IMG/VR virus record: IMGVR_UViG_3300002220_003351
Coordinates: 1-64,000 of that record
Direction: 5' to 3' (one strand)
Source of the DNA: a virus
Lineage: Duplodnaviria; Caudoviricetes
Length of the DNA stretch: 64,000 nt
The notes beneath the pieces are model-generated. The model had not been told where the DNA came from, did no database searches, and was given only the letters and a program-made list of their open reading frames with translations. The number at the start of each line of letters is the position of its first letter. Position 1 is the first letter of the stretch. Position numbers and translations under genes: made by a program. Shown piece by piece: positions 54,062-63,325 of this stretch.

Positions 54062-54725
54062 GGTATGTTGCATATGCCATGAGAGCAAATTACTTTCGGC
54101 CTTTGGTAAAGATTCTCATTTACCTGGAGGCTTAAGATCGTCTTGTAGGGTATGCCATAATAAAAAAAATAAGGAGTGGGCAGATAAAAATAGAGAACAA
54201 GTATATTTAGCCACAAGATCATGGTATAATAAAAATATCCAACGTACCAGGGATGTTGGGAAGATTTGGCGTGATAATAACAAAGGAAAAAAACGCGAAC
54301 AGATTAAAAAGTGGCAAGAAAACAATCCTGAAAAATGGAGGGCAATGCAACGAAAAGGAAGTAAAAAGCGAAGGAGTACTATGAGCGGTAAAATAAGTGA
54401 CGCTTTTTCATCAGCAATTTATAGATCATTACGTTCAGGTAAGTCCGGCAAACATTGGGAAGAGATTGTCGGATACTCAGTAGAACAGTTAAAAGAACAC
54501 ATTGAAAAGCAATTTGAGCCATGGATGTCCTGGGGAAATTACGGGAAGTTTACGTGGCACATAGATCATATTCTCCCCGTTTCTTCATTTAATTATGACT
54601 CAACTGAAAGTGAAGATTTTAAGAAGTGTTGGGCACTTAAAAATCTAAGACCACTAAGGGCGAAAGAAAATCACAGCAAGGGCAGCAAAATAATTTATGG
54701 GGACATATTAAATGCCACCAGATAA
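54045..54725 (+). CDS. HNH endonuclease
   Basis: CCIC..K..SAF..CRVC; WGNYG..WHIDHILP..CWALKNLRPL..EN..KG; AT-rich. Confidence 0.85.
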   Translation: MDEPFKVCCICHESKLLSAFGKDSHLPGGLRSSCRVCHNKKNKEWADKNREQVYLATRSWYNKNIQRTRDVGKIWRDNNKGKKREQIKKWQENNPEKWRAMQRKGSKKRRSTMSGKISDAFSSAIYRSLRSGKSGKHWEEIVGYSVEQLKEHIEKQFEPWMSWGNYGKFTWHIDHILPVSSFNYDSTESEDFKKCWALKNLRPLRAKENHSKGSKIIYGDILNATR

Positions 54726-57165
54726 TACCCCATTCAAAGTTTTATATGACTATACGGACGTCAAGACCGTGAAGAGGTTTGCGCTCTCAAATGACCGAAT
54801 TCGTTGCATAATGGGGCCATTTGGAAGCGGGAAGAGCTCCGGCTGTGTCATGGAGATTGTCCGCAGGGCCAACATGCAGGCCCCCGGCCCGGACGGGATC
54901 CGGAGGACCCGGTGGGCGGTGGTCCGGAATTCCTACGGCCAGCTCAAGGACACGACCATAAAGACCTTCCATGACTGGTTTCCTCCGTCTGTTTTCGGGG
55001 AGTGGAGGGTTACCGACCATTCCTACATCATGACCAAATTCCCGGGGGTTCACTGTGAGGTCATGTTCAGAGCCCTCGATCGGCCGGACCAGGTTTCTAA
55101 CCTCCTCTCCCTTGAGGTCACCGGGGCGTGGTTCAATGAGGTGCGGGAGATCCCAAGGACCATCATAGAGGCCATGGACTCCAGAATCGGGAGGTACCCC
55201 AGCAAGAGGGACGGGGGCGCAACCTGGCTCGGGATCATCATGGACACCAACCCCCCCGACGAGGACTCCTATCTCTACAAGATGTTCGAGAAGGTGAAGC
55301 CCGACGGCTGGGCTATATTCAAACAACCCTCCGGACTCTCGGCCCATGCCGAAAACCTCAAACACCTCCCAACGGATTATTACAAGAACCTCGCCAAGGG
55401 AAAAGACGAGATGTACACCCGGATCTATATCCACGGGCAGTACGGGTACCTCGTCACCGGGAAGCCGGTTTTCACCTCCTTCTCGGATAACATTCATGTC
55501 GCCCCCCACATTCTCCAGCCCCAGAAGGGACTTGACGTCCTTTTGGGGTTCGATTTTGGACTCTGCTATGACAACCAGACGGAGGTTATGACGAAAGATG
55601 GATGGAAGTATTTTAGAGATGTTGTTGACGATGATCTCATAATGACCAAGAACTTTGATACGAACAATATCGAGTATCACAGGCCCCTTAAAAGGATATG
55701 TAAAAAATACGAAGGCGATATGTTTCTTTACGAGAATCATAATGTAAATTTTTGTGTTACCCCGGACCACATTATCCCTTGTAGAAAGCGGCATGGAAAG
55801 TATGGTAGGACCTTTAACGGAAACCATAGAATATCCGCCACCGATTTATTTGACAACGTCTCGAAGCACTATGCTGTTGATGTTCGCGCCGATTGGATCG
55901 GGGATTCTTCTGGTGTGTTCGGCCCCCTTGGCTGGGATGCGTCTGTTTTCGCGGAGTTTATGGGTCTGTATTTAAGCGAGGGAAGTTGTGACAGAAAAAC
56001 CAACAGGATCAGCATAGCCCAAAATAAAAATGACGAAGTATTTAATCAGATGCTGGAGCGTACTGGCCTGAGGTGGATCAGAGGTAAAAGGGCGTGGAGG
56101 GTATCAAACGAGGTGCTGAACGAATATCTATCCCGGTATGGGTATTCGCATGAAAAATATGTTCCGGAAGAGATAAAGGGCATGGATGGGAAGGAGATAC
56201 GGGAGTTTATATTTGCATATACCCGTGGCGATGGTCATGTCAGGACAAGAAGTAACGGATCTGAGGAGCATACTGTATTTACGGTTTCGCGTCGAATGGC
56301 GGGGGACTTTCAGGAGCTTGCGCTAAAGGTTGGTTGGCATGCAAAAGTAAGGGTTGTTGGTCCACAGGATTCGGTGATATTTGAAAATGGTGCAGCAAGA
56401 AAGATTCGCAACAATGGTGGCTACTGCATCACATTCAAGAAGAGGAAAAGCCCATATTCTGAAATCATTAAGACCAATTTTTCAAAGATTCCATATTCCG
56501 GGAATGTTTATTGCCTCACCGTTCCCAACGGTACGCTCTATATTCGTCGCAAGTGGACTCCGAGCTGGAATGGTAATTGTCCGGCAGTATCCGTAGGCCA
56601 GATCACCCCGCTGGGGCAGTTGAGGATCCTCGACGAACTGGTCTCCGACGGGATGGGGTTGAGGCAGTTCTGCGAGAACCAGCTCATCCCCCTTTTGAGG
56701 CAGAAGTATTTCGGGATGAACGTCATGGGGTACGGAGACCCCTCTGGTGCGTCGAGAGCCCCCACGGACGAGACGACCTGCTTCGACATCCTCCACTCCC
56801 AGGACATCGGATTAAGGGGGGTGGAGCCCGCCCCCACAAACGCCATCATCCCCAGGATCGGGGCCGTGGAAGCCTTCCTGAACAAGATGGTGAACGGGGA
56901 GCCCGGGTTCCTTCTGTCCCCCAACTGCCACTTTTTAAGGAAGGCGATGAACGGGGGATACCATTACGAGATCGACCCGAAGTCAAAGGGCGAGGAGATC
57001 AAGCCCATTCCCGTCAAGAACTTCTCCTCCCATGTCTCCGACAGCCTCCAGATGCTCTGTTTATACATCCAGGAAAGAGAATCAAACAACAAGCGGTGGA
57101 AGTCCTTTGCGAGCCAGATGAAGCGAAGGGAGTATCGCCCTGCCAGCACGGAAGCGGGTTATTAG
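54712..57165 (+). CDS. terL: Terminase large subunit, intein-interrupted
   Basis: GPFGSGKS (Walker A), WFNE (Walker B), MDTNPP, GFDFGL|CPA, GDPSG, SHVSDSLQ; about 479 aa after splicing. Confidence 0.92.
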   Translation: MPPDNTPFKVLYDYTDVKTVKRFALSNDRIRCIMGPFGSGKSSGCVMEIVRRANMQAPGPDGIRRTRWAVVRNSYGQLKDTTIKTFHDWFPPSVFGEWRVTDHSYIMTKFPGVHCEVMFRALDRPDQVSNLLSLEVTGAWFNEVREIPRTIIEAMDSRIGRYPSKRDGGATWLGIIMDTNPPDEDSYLYKMFEKVKPDGWAIFKQPSGLSAHAENLKHLPTDYYKNLAKGKDEMYTRIYIHGQYGYLVTGKPVFTSFSDNIHVAPHILQPQKGLDVLLGFDFGLCYDNQTEVMTKDGWKYFRDVVDDDLIMTKNFDTNNIEYHRPLKRICKKYEGDMFLYENHNVNFCVTPDHIIPCRKRHGKYGRTFNGNHRISATDLFDNVSKHYAVDVRADWIGDSSGVFGPLGWDASVFAEFMGLYLSEGSCDRKTNRISIAQNKNDEVFNQMLERTGLRWIRGKRAWRVSNEVLNEYLSRYGYSHEKYVPEEIKGMDGKEIREFIFAYTRGDGHVRTRSNGSEEHTVFTVSRRMAGDFQELALKVGWHAKVRVVGPQDSVIFENGAARKIRNNGGYCITFKKRKSPYSEIIKTNFSKIPYSGNVYCLTVPNGTLYIRRKWTPSWNGNCPAVSVGQITPLGQLRILDELVSDGMGLRQFCENQLIPLLRQKYFGMNVMGYGDPSGASRAPTDETTCFDILHSQDIGLRGVEPAPTNAIIPRIGAVEAFLNKMVNGEPGFLLSPNCHFLRKAMNGGYHYEIDPKSKGEEIKPIPVKNFSSHVSDSLQMLCLYIQERESNNKRWKSFASQMKRREYRPASTEAGY
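55564..56577 (+). mobile_element. Intein with LAGLIDADG endonuclease (338 aa)
   Basis: Starts CYDNQTEVMTKDGWK; TPDH block B; MGLYLSEGS and AYTRGDG; ends VYCLTVPNG...WNGN followed by +1 Cys; lower GC. Confidence 0.93.
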
Positions 57166-57189
57166 CCGAGGGATTAAAGGAGACCTGAG

Positions 57190-59484
57190 ATGGACCAGAT
57201 CAAGGAAGAGTTCCAGAAAGAAAAAAGAAACTCTGATGTCATGGAGTCCTTCGGGTTCAGGTTATGGGGGCAGTTCGAGTCCAACAAGGCCTACCGAAGG
57301 CCCAAGGAACTCGAATGGATCGAGTCCCTCCGGCAGTACAAGGGGCTCTACGACCCCGAGGTGAAGATTGAGGCCAACGCCTCCAAGGTCTACCCCAAAC
57401 TCACCCGGTCCAAGCTCAACATCGTCCTTTCAAGGCTCCACGAGATGCTCTTCCCGGAGACGGACAAGAACTGGGAGATAGACACGACCCCCGAGCCCAA
57501 GGTTTCACCTGCGGTGGTGGCCGCTATCGTCCAGGCCCTGACCCAGGTTGATGAGCAGACCGGGCAGGCGGTCCCCCCGTCCCCGGAGGATCTCGACCTT
57601 GCCATCCGGGCCTTCGCGGCGGCCACCTGCGAAAAGATGTCCTCCCAGATCGACGACCAGCTCACCGAGATAGACTACCCCGAGGAGACCAAGAAAGTCC
57701 TAAGGTCCGGCCTGATGTACGGGACGGGACTCTTGAAGGGGCCTTTGGTGGGGAAGAAGCAGAAGCGGAAGTGGGAGCCGGACCAGAAAGGCGGGTACAA
57801 GGAGCGCCTTGACGAAGAGGATTACCCGGACCTGAAGTTCACCCGTCTCTGGGACTGGTACCCGGACATGACCGTGACCGAGACTGAGAACATGCAGGGC
57901 AGTTACGAGCGCCATGTCATGAACAAGCACGATCTCCGGGAGCTGGCCAAGCGGGAAGACTTCTACGGAGACATCATTCTGGCATACCTCAAGGACATGC
58001 CCGACGGGGACTACGTCGCCACGACCTGGGAAAACGACCTCCAGTTGATCGAGGTCGAGGCCGGAACCGGCCAGAGCGGGAAGACCATGGTCGCCGGGAC
58101 GACCAACGACACCCGGTCCACCTACCGGAAGCTCGGGAAGAGGTACGAGGTCCTTGAGTTCTGGGGGTATGTGGACGGGGACGATCTTGAGGCGTGCGGG
58201 GTCCACGTTGAAGACCCCTCCCTTGAATACGGGGCGAACATCTGGCTCCTCGGGAAGCACGTCATCAAGGCGATGCTGTTTTCCACTCCGCTGGACCAGT
58301 ACAAGGTCTTCTACTACGAGAAGGACGAGACCTCCATCTTCGGGGAGGGCCTTGCAAGGGTCATGCGGCACTCCCAGATCGCCATCGCCGCCGCCGCGAG
58401 AATGGTCCTCGACAACGGATCCTGCTGCGCCGGTCCCCAGGTGGAGGTGAACTGGAGCCTGATGACCCCGGACACCGACCTTGAGTCCTTCTACCCGAGG
58501 AAGATCTGGTACCGGGAAGGAAGGGGGGTGGACGCCCAGTACCCCGCCGTGAGGGTCTACCAGATCGACTCACACATTCCCGAACTCCTTGAGATCGTTG
58601 CCGCCTTTAAGCAGTTTGCGGACGAGGAGACCACCCTCCCCACCTGGATGATCTCCCAGATGATGAACAACGAAACCGCCCAGGCTACCTCCGGGAGGAT
58701 GGCCACGATCACCATCTCCATCAAGGACGTCGTGAAGAACTTCGACGCCTTCACCGAAAAGGTCATCAAGGACCTCTACGCCTGGAACATGGAGTTCAAC
58801 CCCCGCGAAGACATCAAGGGGGACTACTCCGTGAGGGCCAGGGGGGTCTCTTCCCTCGTCATGAAAGAGCTCCGGATGCAGGCCCTGAACCAACTGGCCA
58901 CCACGATCACCGACTCCGAGAGGGACTACATCCCCGAGGGCGACTTCCTCAAGGAAAGATTCAAGGCCCACGACATCGACATCAAGCTCCGTTCCGAGGA
59001 AGAGGTCTCGAAGCTCCGGAAAGAGCGCGAGGAGTCCCTCCAGATGCAGCTCGCCATCAAGATGCAGGAAGCGGAGATCGGCTACAAGAAGGCCCAGACC
59101 ATGGCCCAGCTCACCAAGGCCAAGGACAAGAACGTCGAGGCCAACATCAAGGCCCAGACCCCGATCGAACAGCCGGAAGGCTCCGATCCGAGGCTCACCG
59201 AAGAGGATATTGCCACCAAACAGACCGAAAGGCAGTCAAAAGAGGCCGAAAACCGCCGCAAAGAGGAGAAACACGCCCTCGAACTCTCCCAAAAGGACGA
59301 GGCCCACCGTGTCAAAATAGCCACAGAGGCCGCAAGGGCTGAATCAGACATCGAAAACAAGCGAAAAACCACCGAACACTCCCTGAAAATGAAGGAGGAC
59401 CTCACAAAAGCGTCCGCAGAAGCCAAAAAAACGGCCGCAAAGCAGAAACCGGCCCCCAAAAAGGCCTCCAAGGGTGTGAAGTAG
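57190..59484 (+). CDS. Portal protein
   Basis: 764 aa directly after terL; R...W.ESLRQY.G.Y, YGTG..KGP, FGEGL..., long coiled-coil C-terminus. Confidence 0.8.
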   Translation: MDQIKEEFQKEKRNSDVMESFGFRLWGQFESNKAYRRPKELEWIESLRQYKGLYDPEVKIEANASKVYPKLTRSKLNIVLSRLHEMLFPETDKNWEIDTTPEPKVSPAVVAAIVQALTQVDEQTGQAVPPSPEDLDLAIRAFAAATCEKMSSQIDDQLTEIDYPEETKKVLRSGLMYGTGLLKGPLVGKKQKRKWEPDQKGGYKERLDEEDYPDLKFTRLWDWYPDMTVTETENMQGSYERHVMNKHDLRELAKREDFYGDIILAYLKDMPDGDYVATTWENDLQLIEVEAGTGQSGKTMVAGTTNDTRSTYRKLGKRYEVLEFWGYVDGDDLEACGVHVEDPSLEYGANIWLLGKHVIKAMLFSTPLDQYKVFYYEKDETSIFGEGLARVMRHSQIAIAAAARMVLDNGSCCAGPQVEVNWSLMTPDTDLESFYPRKIWYREGRGVDAQYPAVRVYQIDSHIPELLEIVAAFKQFADEETTLPTWMISQMMNNETAQATSGRMATITISIKDVVKNFDAFTEKVIKDLYAWNMEFNPREDIKGDYSVRARGVSSLVMKELRMQALNQLATTITDSERDYIPEGDFLKERFKAHDIDIKLRSEEEVSKLRKEREESLQMQLAIKMQEAEIGYKKAQTMAQLTKAKDKNVEANIKAQTPIEQPEGSDPRLTEEDIATKQTERQSKEAENRRKEEKHALELSQKDEAHRVKIATEAARAESDIENKRKTTEHSLKMKEDLTKASAEAKKTAAKQKPAPKKASKGVK

Positions 59485-59493
59485 AGAGAAAAG

Positions 59494-60075
59494 ATGACTC
59501 TTGACGAGAAATTGCAGATCACGGCGAGCGGTGTCCAGGGGCAGACGCGGGAGAAGTTCGGTTCCATTGAGAAATTGTGCCAAAATGCCCCGCTGGAGGG
59601 CAGTATCATAGAGGTTGGCGTCTGGAGGGGTGGGATTGCGAGACATCTGGCCGATATTTTCCCGGGAAGGAAGATATTTCTGGCCGATACGTTCACCGGG
59701 ATACCGTATGTCTCTAAGTATGACAACCACTACCGTGTGGGGAGCTTCAGCGATGTCGACATAGAACAGGTGCGGAGCATATTCCCCGAAGAAAACGCTG
59801 AAATACTCCAGGGTATCTTTCCGGGGGAGTTTCAGGGGCGACTTGACGGGGAGAGGTTCGGCGTGGTGCACCTGGATGTGGACGTCTATCAGGGGTACAG
59901 GGACAGCCTGGAGTTCTTGTACCCGAGAACCGTTTCAGGGGGGCTTGTTATGCTTGACGACTACAAGTGCCCGCTCACCGAGGGCGCCACGATAGCCGTG
60001 GATGAGTTCCTCTCGGATAAACCCGAGAACGTCCTTTTCCTTAACTACCAATTCTACTTTATCAAGGAGGGGTAG
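59494..60075 (+). CDS. TylF/MycF-like O-methyltransferase
   Basis: IIEVGVWRGG, DTFTG, GIFP, HLDVDVY, GGLVMLDDY, GATIAVDEF. Confidence 0.88.
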   Translation: MTLDEKLQITASGVQGQTREKFGSIEKLCQNAPLEGSIIEVGVWRGGIARHLADIFPGRKIFLADTFTGIPYVSKYDNHYRVGSFSDVDIEQVRSIFPEENAEILQGIFPGEFQGRLDGERFGVVHLDVDVYQGYRDSLEFLYPRTVSGGLVMLDDYKCPLTEGATIAVDEFLSDKPENVLFLNYQFYFIKEG

Positions 60076-60303
60076 ATGTTTCCGACGAACAAGACAAAAG
60101 CGGAGGCGATTTTCGAATTAAACGGGATGAAGCATGATCCGGCCTGCAAATCCATGGTGAAACTGCTGGACATTCTCATTGACGAGGTCCGGATCCAGAA
60201 CGACGAGGCCCCTGCGGAGAGAGTATTGGGAAATCAGGGCGAAATCAGGGCATTTATGAGGCTGAAAGAGTACATTGAGAAGGGACTCCCGACTACCAGA
60301 TAA
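60076..60303 (+). CDS. Small head-associated hypothetical protein
   Basis: 75 aa between portal region and scaffold; QGEIRA. Confidence 0.6.
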   Translation: MFPTNKTKAEAIFELNGMKHDPACKSMVKLLDILIDEVRIQNDEAPAERVLGNQGEIRAFMRLKEYIEKGLPTTR

Positions 60304-60578
60304 AAAGGTGCTTGACAAATGCCCGAAACCATGGGAAGATGTTCATCAAGGAGCGGAAATGCTTCCGGGGAGACCCGGATCGTGAACTTGTCCGACGGAG
60401 GGACGCTTACAGAACGAGAAATAATCGAGATGCTGAAGACTTTGGAGTGGTGGAAGAAGAAACTTCAATCGCTCTTGCCAAAATAGTCTAAATCTCGAAC
60501 ACGAGATCAAAGGCTGTCATGGGGAAACCCATAGACAGCTTTTTTTGTGCAAAATAACCCAGGAAAGGAGCGCATGTC

Positions 60579-61553
60579 ATGCCAGAGACAGATCCCAATG
60601 ACAGAGGGGCATTGGAAAAAGTCGACGAAGCGGATAAGGCATTTTCTGACGCATTCGATGCGGCAGGAGTAGGGGAGGCTGACCCGAATAAGGCAGCCGT
60701 CCCGGCAGAGGAGCCCGAAAAGAAGGAGGAGCCTCCCAAAAAGGAGGAGCCGCCCGCCGCAAAAGTCGACGAGAAGGCCGAGGAGGAGAAATACGAACAG
60801 CGCTACAAGTCTCTCCAGGGGATCCACAAGCACGACCGTGAAACCTGGGAGCAAGAGAAAACGCGACTCGTATCCGAACTCGAAGAGGCAAAGAAGGGCG
60901 CTCCTAAAAAAGAGGAACCCACAGAGAAAGAAAAGAAGGCAGCTCAGGACTTCGTTGACTCTCTTACTGACGAGCAGAAGGAGCAACTGGAGGAGTATGA
61001 GAAAGACTTCGATGTGGTTTCCAAAATGGAAGGGCTCAAGAGATCCGTTGAGCTTGCCAAACTCCGAAAAGAACTTCAAGACTGGAAAAGCGAGATTACG
61101 GAAAAGCTCGAAGAGCAGGGGAAGAAGATCATCCCTGTCACGGAGTTCGCGGCAAAAAGCGAGACGGCGGCCCACTTCAACATCATCAGGAACGGTTACC
61201 AGAGAGAGGATGGAACGCAGGTCGAAGGTCACCCCGATTTCGAGAAGTATCGGGATGACGGGTCCTTGCTGGCCTGGATAGAATCCAAGCCCAAGTACAT
61301 GCAGAAATCCCTCAAGGAAACCTACGAGCATGGGATCGCCACCGACGTGGTGGATCTCTATAACGACTTCAAACGGGAATCCAACATCCAATCAGAGCCC
61401 CCCGAAGGCAAGGTCGTCGACATCGACAAGGCCAAAAAGAGGCAGGCGCTCACTTCTGTCCCCACGAAGAAGGGGGCCGTCAACACCTCCCACAAGCTGG
61501 CCGATGACTTTGAAGGAGCCTTCGACGAGGCCCTGCATAAGCAAGGAGGGTAA
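60579..61553 (+). CDS. Putative capsid scaffold protein
   Basis: Acidic/Lys-rich, low-complexity N-terminus, coiled coil, immediately upstream of the capsid gene. Confidence 0.6.
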   Translation: MPETDPNDRGALEKVDEADKAFSDAFDAAGVGEADPNKAAVPAEEPEKKEEPPKKEEPPAAKVDEKAEEEKYEQRYKSLQGIHKHDRETWEQEKTRLVSELEEAKKGAPKKEEPTEKEKKAAQDFVDSLTDEQKEQLEEYEKDFDVVSKMEGLKRSVELAKLRKELQDWKSEITEKLEEQGKKIIPVTEFAAKSETAAHFNIIRNGYQREDGTQVEGHPDFEKYRDDGSLLAWIESKPKYMQKSLKETYEHGIATDVVDLYNDFKRESNIQSEPPEGKVVDIDKAKKRQALTSVPTKKGAVNTSHKLADDFEGAFDEALHKQGG

Positions 61554-61556
61554 ACC

Positions 61557-61577
61557 ATGGCGCTTACCACATACGGT
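61557..61577 (+). CDS. Major capsid protein, exon 1 (MALTTYG)
   Basis: AAGGAGG RBS plus ATG; joined to 62286 it gives MALTTYG-DITPRTAAY, the N4-gp56-type N-terminus. Confidence 0.88.
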
Positions 61578-62285
61578 AAATAAATTGCCGTAGTAAAATC
61601 TGCAAAGTGCTGGAAACCCCTAAAGCCGCCATTGCTACCGAGGCAACAATATGGAGGATGAAACAATGGGCAATCAGCAGGCGACGGATTTGGAACTTGG
61701 ATGGCTGGCAGGAATTTACGATGGAGAAGGCTATATGGGACTGACAAGACAAAATACAAAAAGGACCCGCTCTATCCGGCCGGACATCCAACTCGTGAAT
61801 TGCGATCCCGATGTTATACTGAAGGCGAGGACAATCTTGAATAAGATCGGCATTAACCCCTACATACGGGAAAGAGTGCACTCCAAAAGGGGTGTCGAGT
61901 CCCAATGGAGCCGAAACTATATCATGCAAATGTCCAAGTTTTCAGACGTGAAAAGATTCATCGACACCATAGGGAGTCTGCTCACCGGCGAAAAGAAGAA
62001 ACGGGCCGAACTTATGCTGAGGCTTGTGAACAGCAGAATCCCAAAGACGAGATTCGATCACTATACGAATGACGAGCTCGCCATGGTGGATGATTATTTC
62101 ACGAAGTTAAAAGGGATCAAAATCAGAGGCAACGCAAACACCGATCACCTCAACGACTACCAAGCAGACGTCAGGATGGAAATTCTGGCGAAGGTATAGT
62201 CTGATCTCATGGGAAACCATGAGAGGCGGCAGAAATGACCGCCCGCCCGAAATGGTCAGTAAGCGAAAGCTGAAGTAACAGATTG
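61578..62285 (+). ncRNA. Group I self-splicing intron (708 nt)
   Basis: 5' splice site after U, terminal G; P1 UACGGU/GCCGUA with U-G pair; P3 UCUGC/GCAGA; AAUCAGCAG; P7 GACUA (62155) / UAGUC in AAGGUAUAGUC (62191); P8 GUCAGGA/UUCUGGC; P9 CUCAUGG-GAAA-CCAUGAG. Confidence 0.92.
61651..62199 (+). CDS. Intron-encoded single-motif LAGLIDADG homing endonuclease
   Basis: LGWLAGIYDGEG; IQLVNCD..I. Confidence 0.9.
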   Translation: MEDETMGNQQATDLELGWLAGIYDGEGYMGLTRQNTKRTRSIRPDIQLVNCDPDVILKARTILNKIGINPYIRERVHSKRGVESQWSRNYIMQMSKFSDVKRFIDTIGSLLTGEKKKRAELMLRLVNSRIPKTRFDHYTNDELAMVDDYFTKLKGIKIRGNANTDHLNDYQADVRMEILAKV

Positions 62286-63254
62286 GATATTACACCCAGG
62301 ACCGCCGCCTACAACGCAGTTGAGTTGCTCAAGAGAGCGATGCCCTATCTCTGTCTTGAGAAGTTCGGGCAGGCCAAAAGCCTCCCGGGAAACAAAACCC
62401 AGTCCATGAAGTTCCGCCGCTACAACTCTCTCGGGCTCCGGACGACTCCTTTGACCGAAGGCGTCACCCCGTCCTCCGACAAGATGACCGCGACGGACCT
62501 CACGGCAACCCTATACCAGTACGGTGGTCTCGTGGAAATCACTGATATCATTCAGGATACCCACGAAGACCCCGTTCTCCAGGAGGCCACTGCGGTCTCC
62601 GGCGAGCAGGCGGCGAAGACCGTTGAGACCCTCCGGTACAACGTCCTCAAGGCCTGTTCCAACGTCTTCTATGCGAACTCTGTCGCGGCGAGGACGGATG
62701 TCGCCACGGTCATCACCCGTGCCGACCAGCGGAAGGTCGTCCGCGCCCTTGAGCGCCAGGAGGCACAGCACATCACCTCCATCGTGAAGTCGACCCCGTC
62801 CTTCAACACGGAATCCATCCTCCCGGCGTATGTGGGCGTGACCCATGTGGACATGACCTCGGACATTCGCGGGATGAACGGGTTCACCTCCGTGGCTGAT
62901 TACGGCGGGATCAAGGCGTGGGAAACCGAAGTCGGTGCCTGCGAAGACGTCCGGTACCTCAAGAGCACGATTTTCACCCCCTACCTGGACGGCGGAAGCG
63001 CCACCACGACCGGCCTTCTCACGACCGCCGGTGTAGGGTGCGACGTCTATCCCGTGATGTTTTTCGGGAAGGACGCCTATGGGATGATCGCCCTCAAGGG
63101 GAAGTACGCGATCACCCCGATCGTCATCAACCCCACCCCGAGCAAGTCCGATCCGCTCGGCCAGAGGGGCTCGGTGTCCTGGAAGACCATGCAGACCACG
63201 ATCATCCTTAACGATGCCTGGATGGCAGTGGGCGAATTCTGCTGCACGGACTGA
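62286..63254 (+). CDS. Major capsid protein, exon 2 (N4-gp56-like family)
   Basis: LLKRAMPYLCLEKFGQ, TPLTEGVTP, LYQYG, DPLGQRGSVSWK; spliced product 329 aa. Confidence 0.9.
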   Translation, partial: DITPRTAAYNAVELLKRAMPYLCLEKFGQAKSLPGNKTQSMKFRRYNSLGLRTTPLTEGVTPSSDKMTATDLTATLYQYGGLVEITDIIQDTHEDPVLQEATAVSGEQAAKTVETLRYNVLKACSNVFYANSVAARTDVATVITRADQRKVVRALERQEAQHITSIVKSTPSFNTESILPAYVGVTHVDMTSDIRGMNGFTSVADYGGIKAWETEVGACEDVRYLKSTIFTPYLDGGSATTTGLLTTAGVGCDVYPVMFFGKDAYGMIALKGKYAITPIVINPTPSKSDPLGQRGSVSWKTMQTTIILNDAWMAVGEFCCTD

Positions 63255-63325
63255 AATAAGTTGTTGATTTACGCCATCTTCTCTTGTAGTGTCATTGTAA
63301 AAGAAGTTTACGAGAGGAGGCTGGA

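Noticed and set aside
60312-60340. TTGACA upstream of the scaffold gene as a promoter
   Set aside because: The -10 region (GAAGAT) is a poor match; not supportable without transcript data.
62283-62285. TTG as the capsid start codon
   Set aside because: No RBS. The G is the intron's terminal G, and the upstream exon supplies the conserved TYG.
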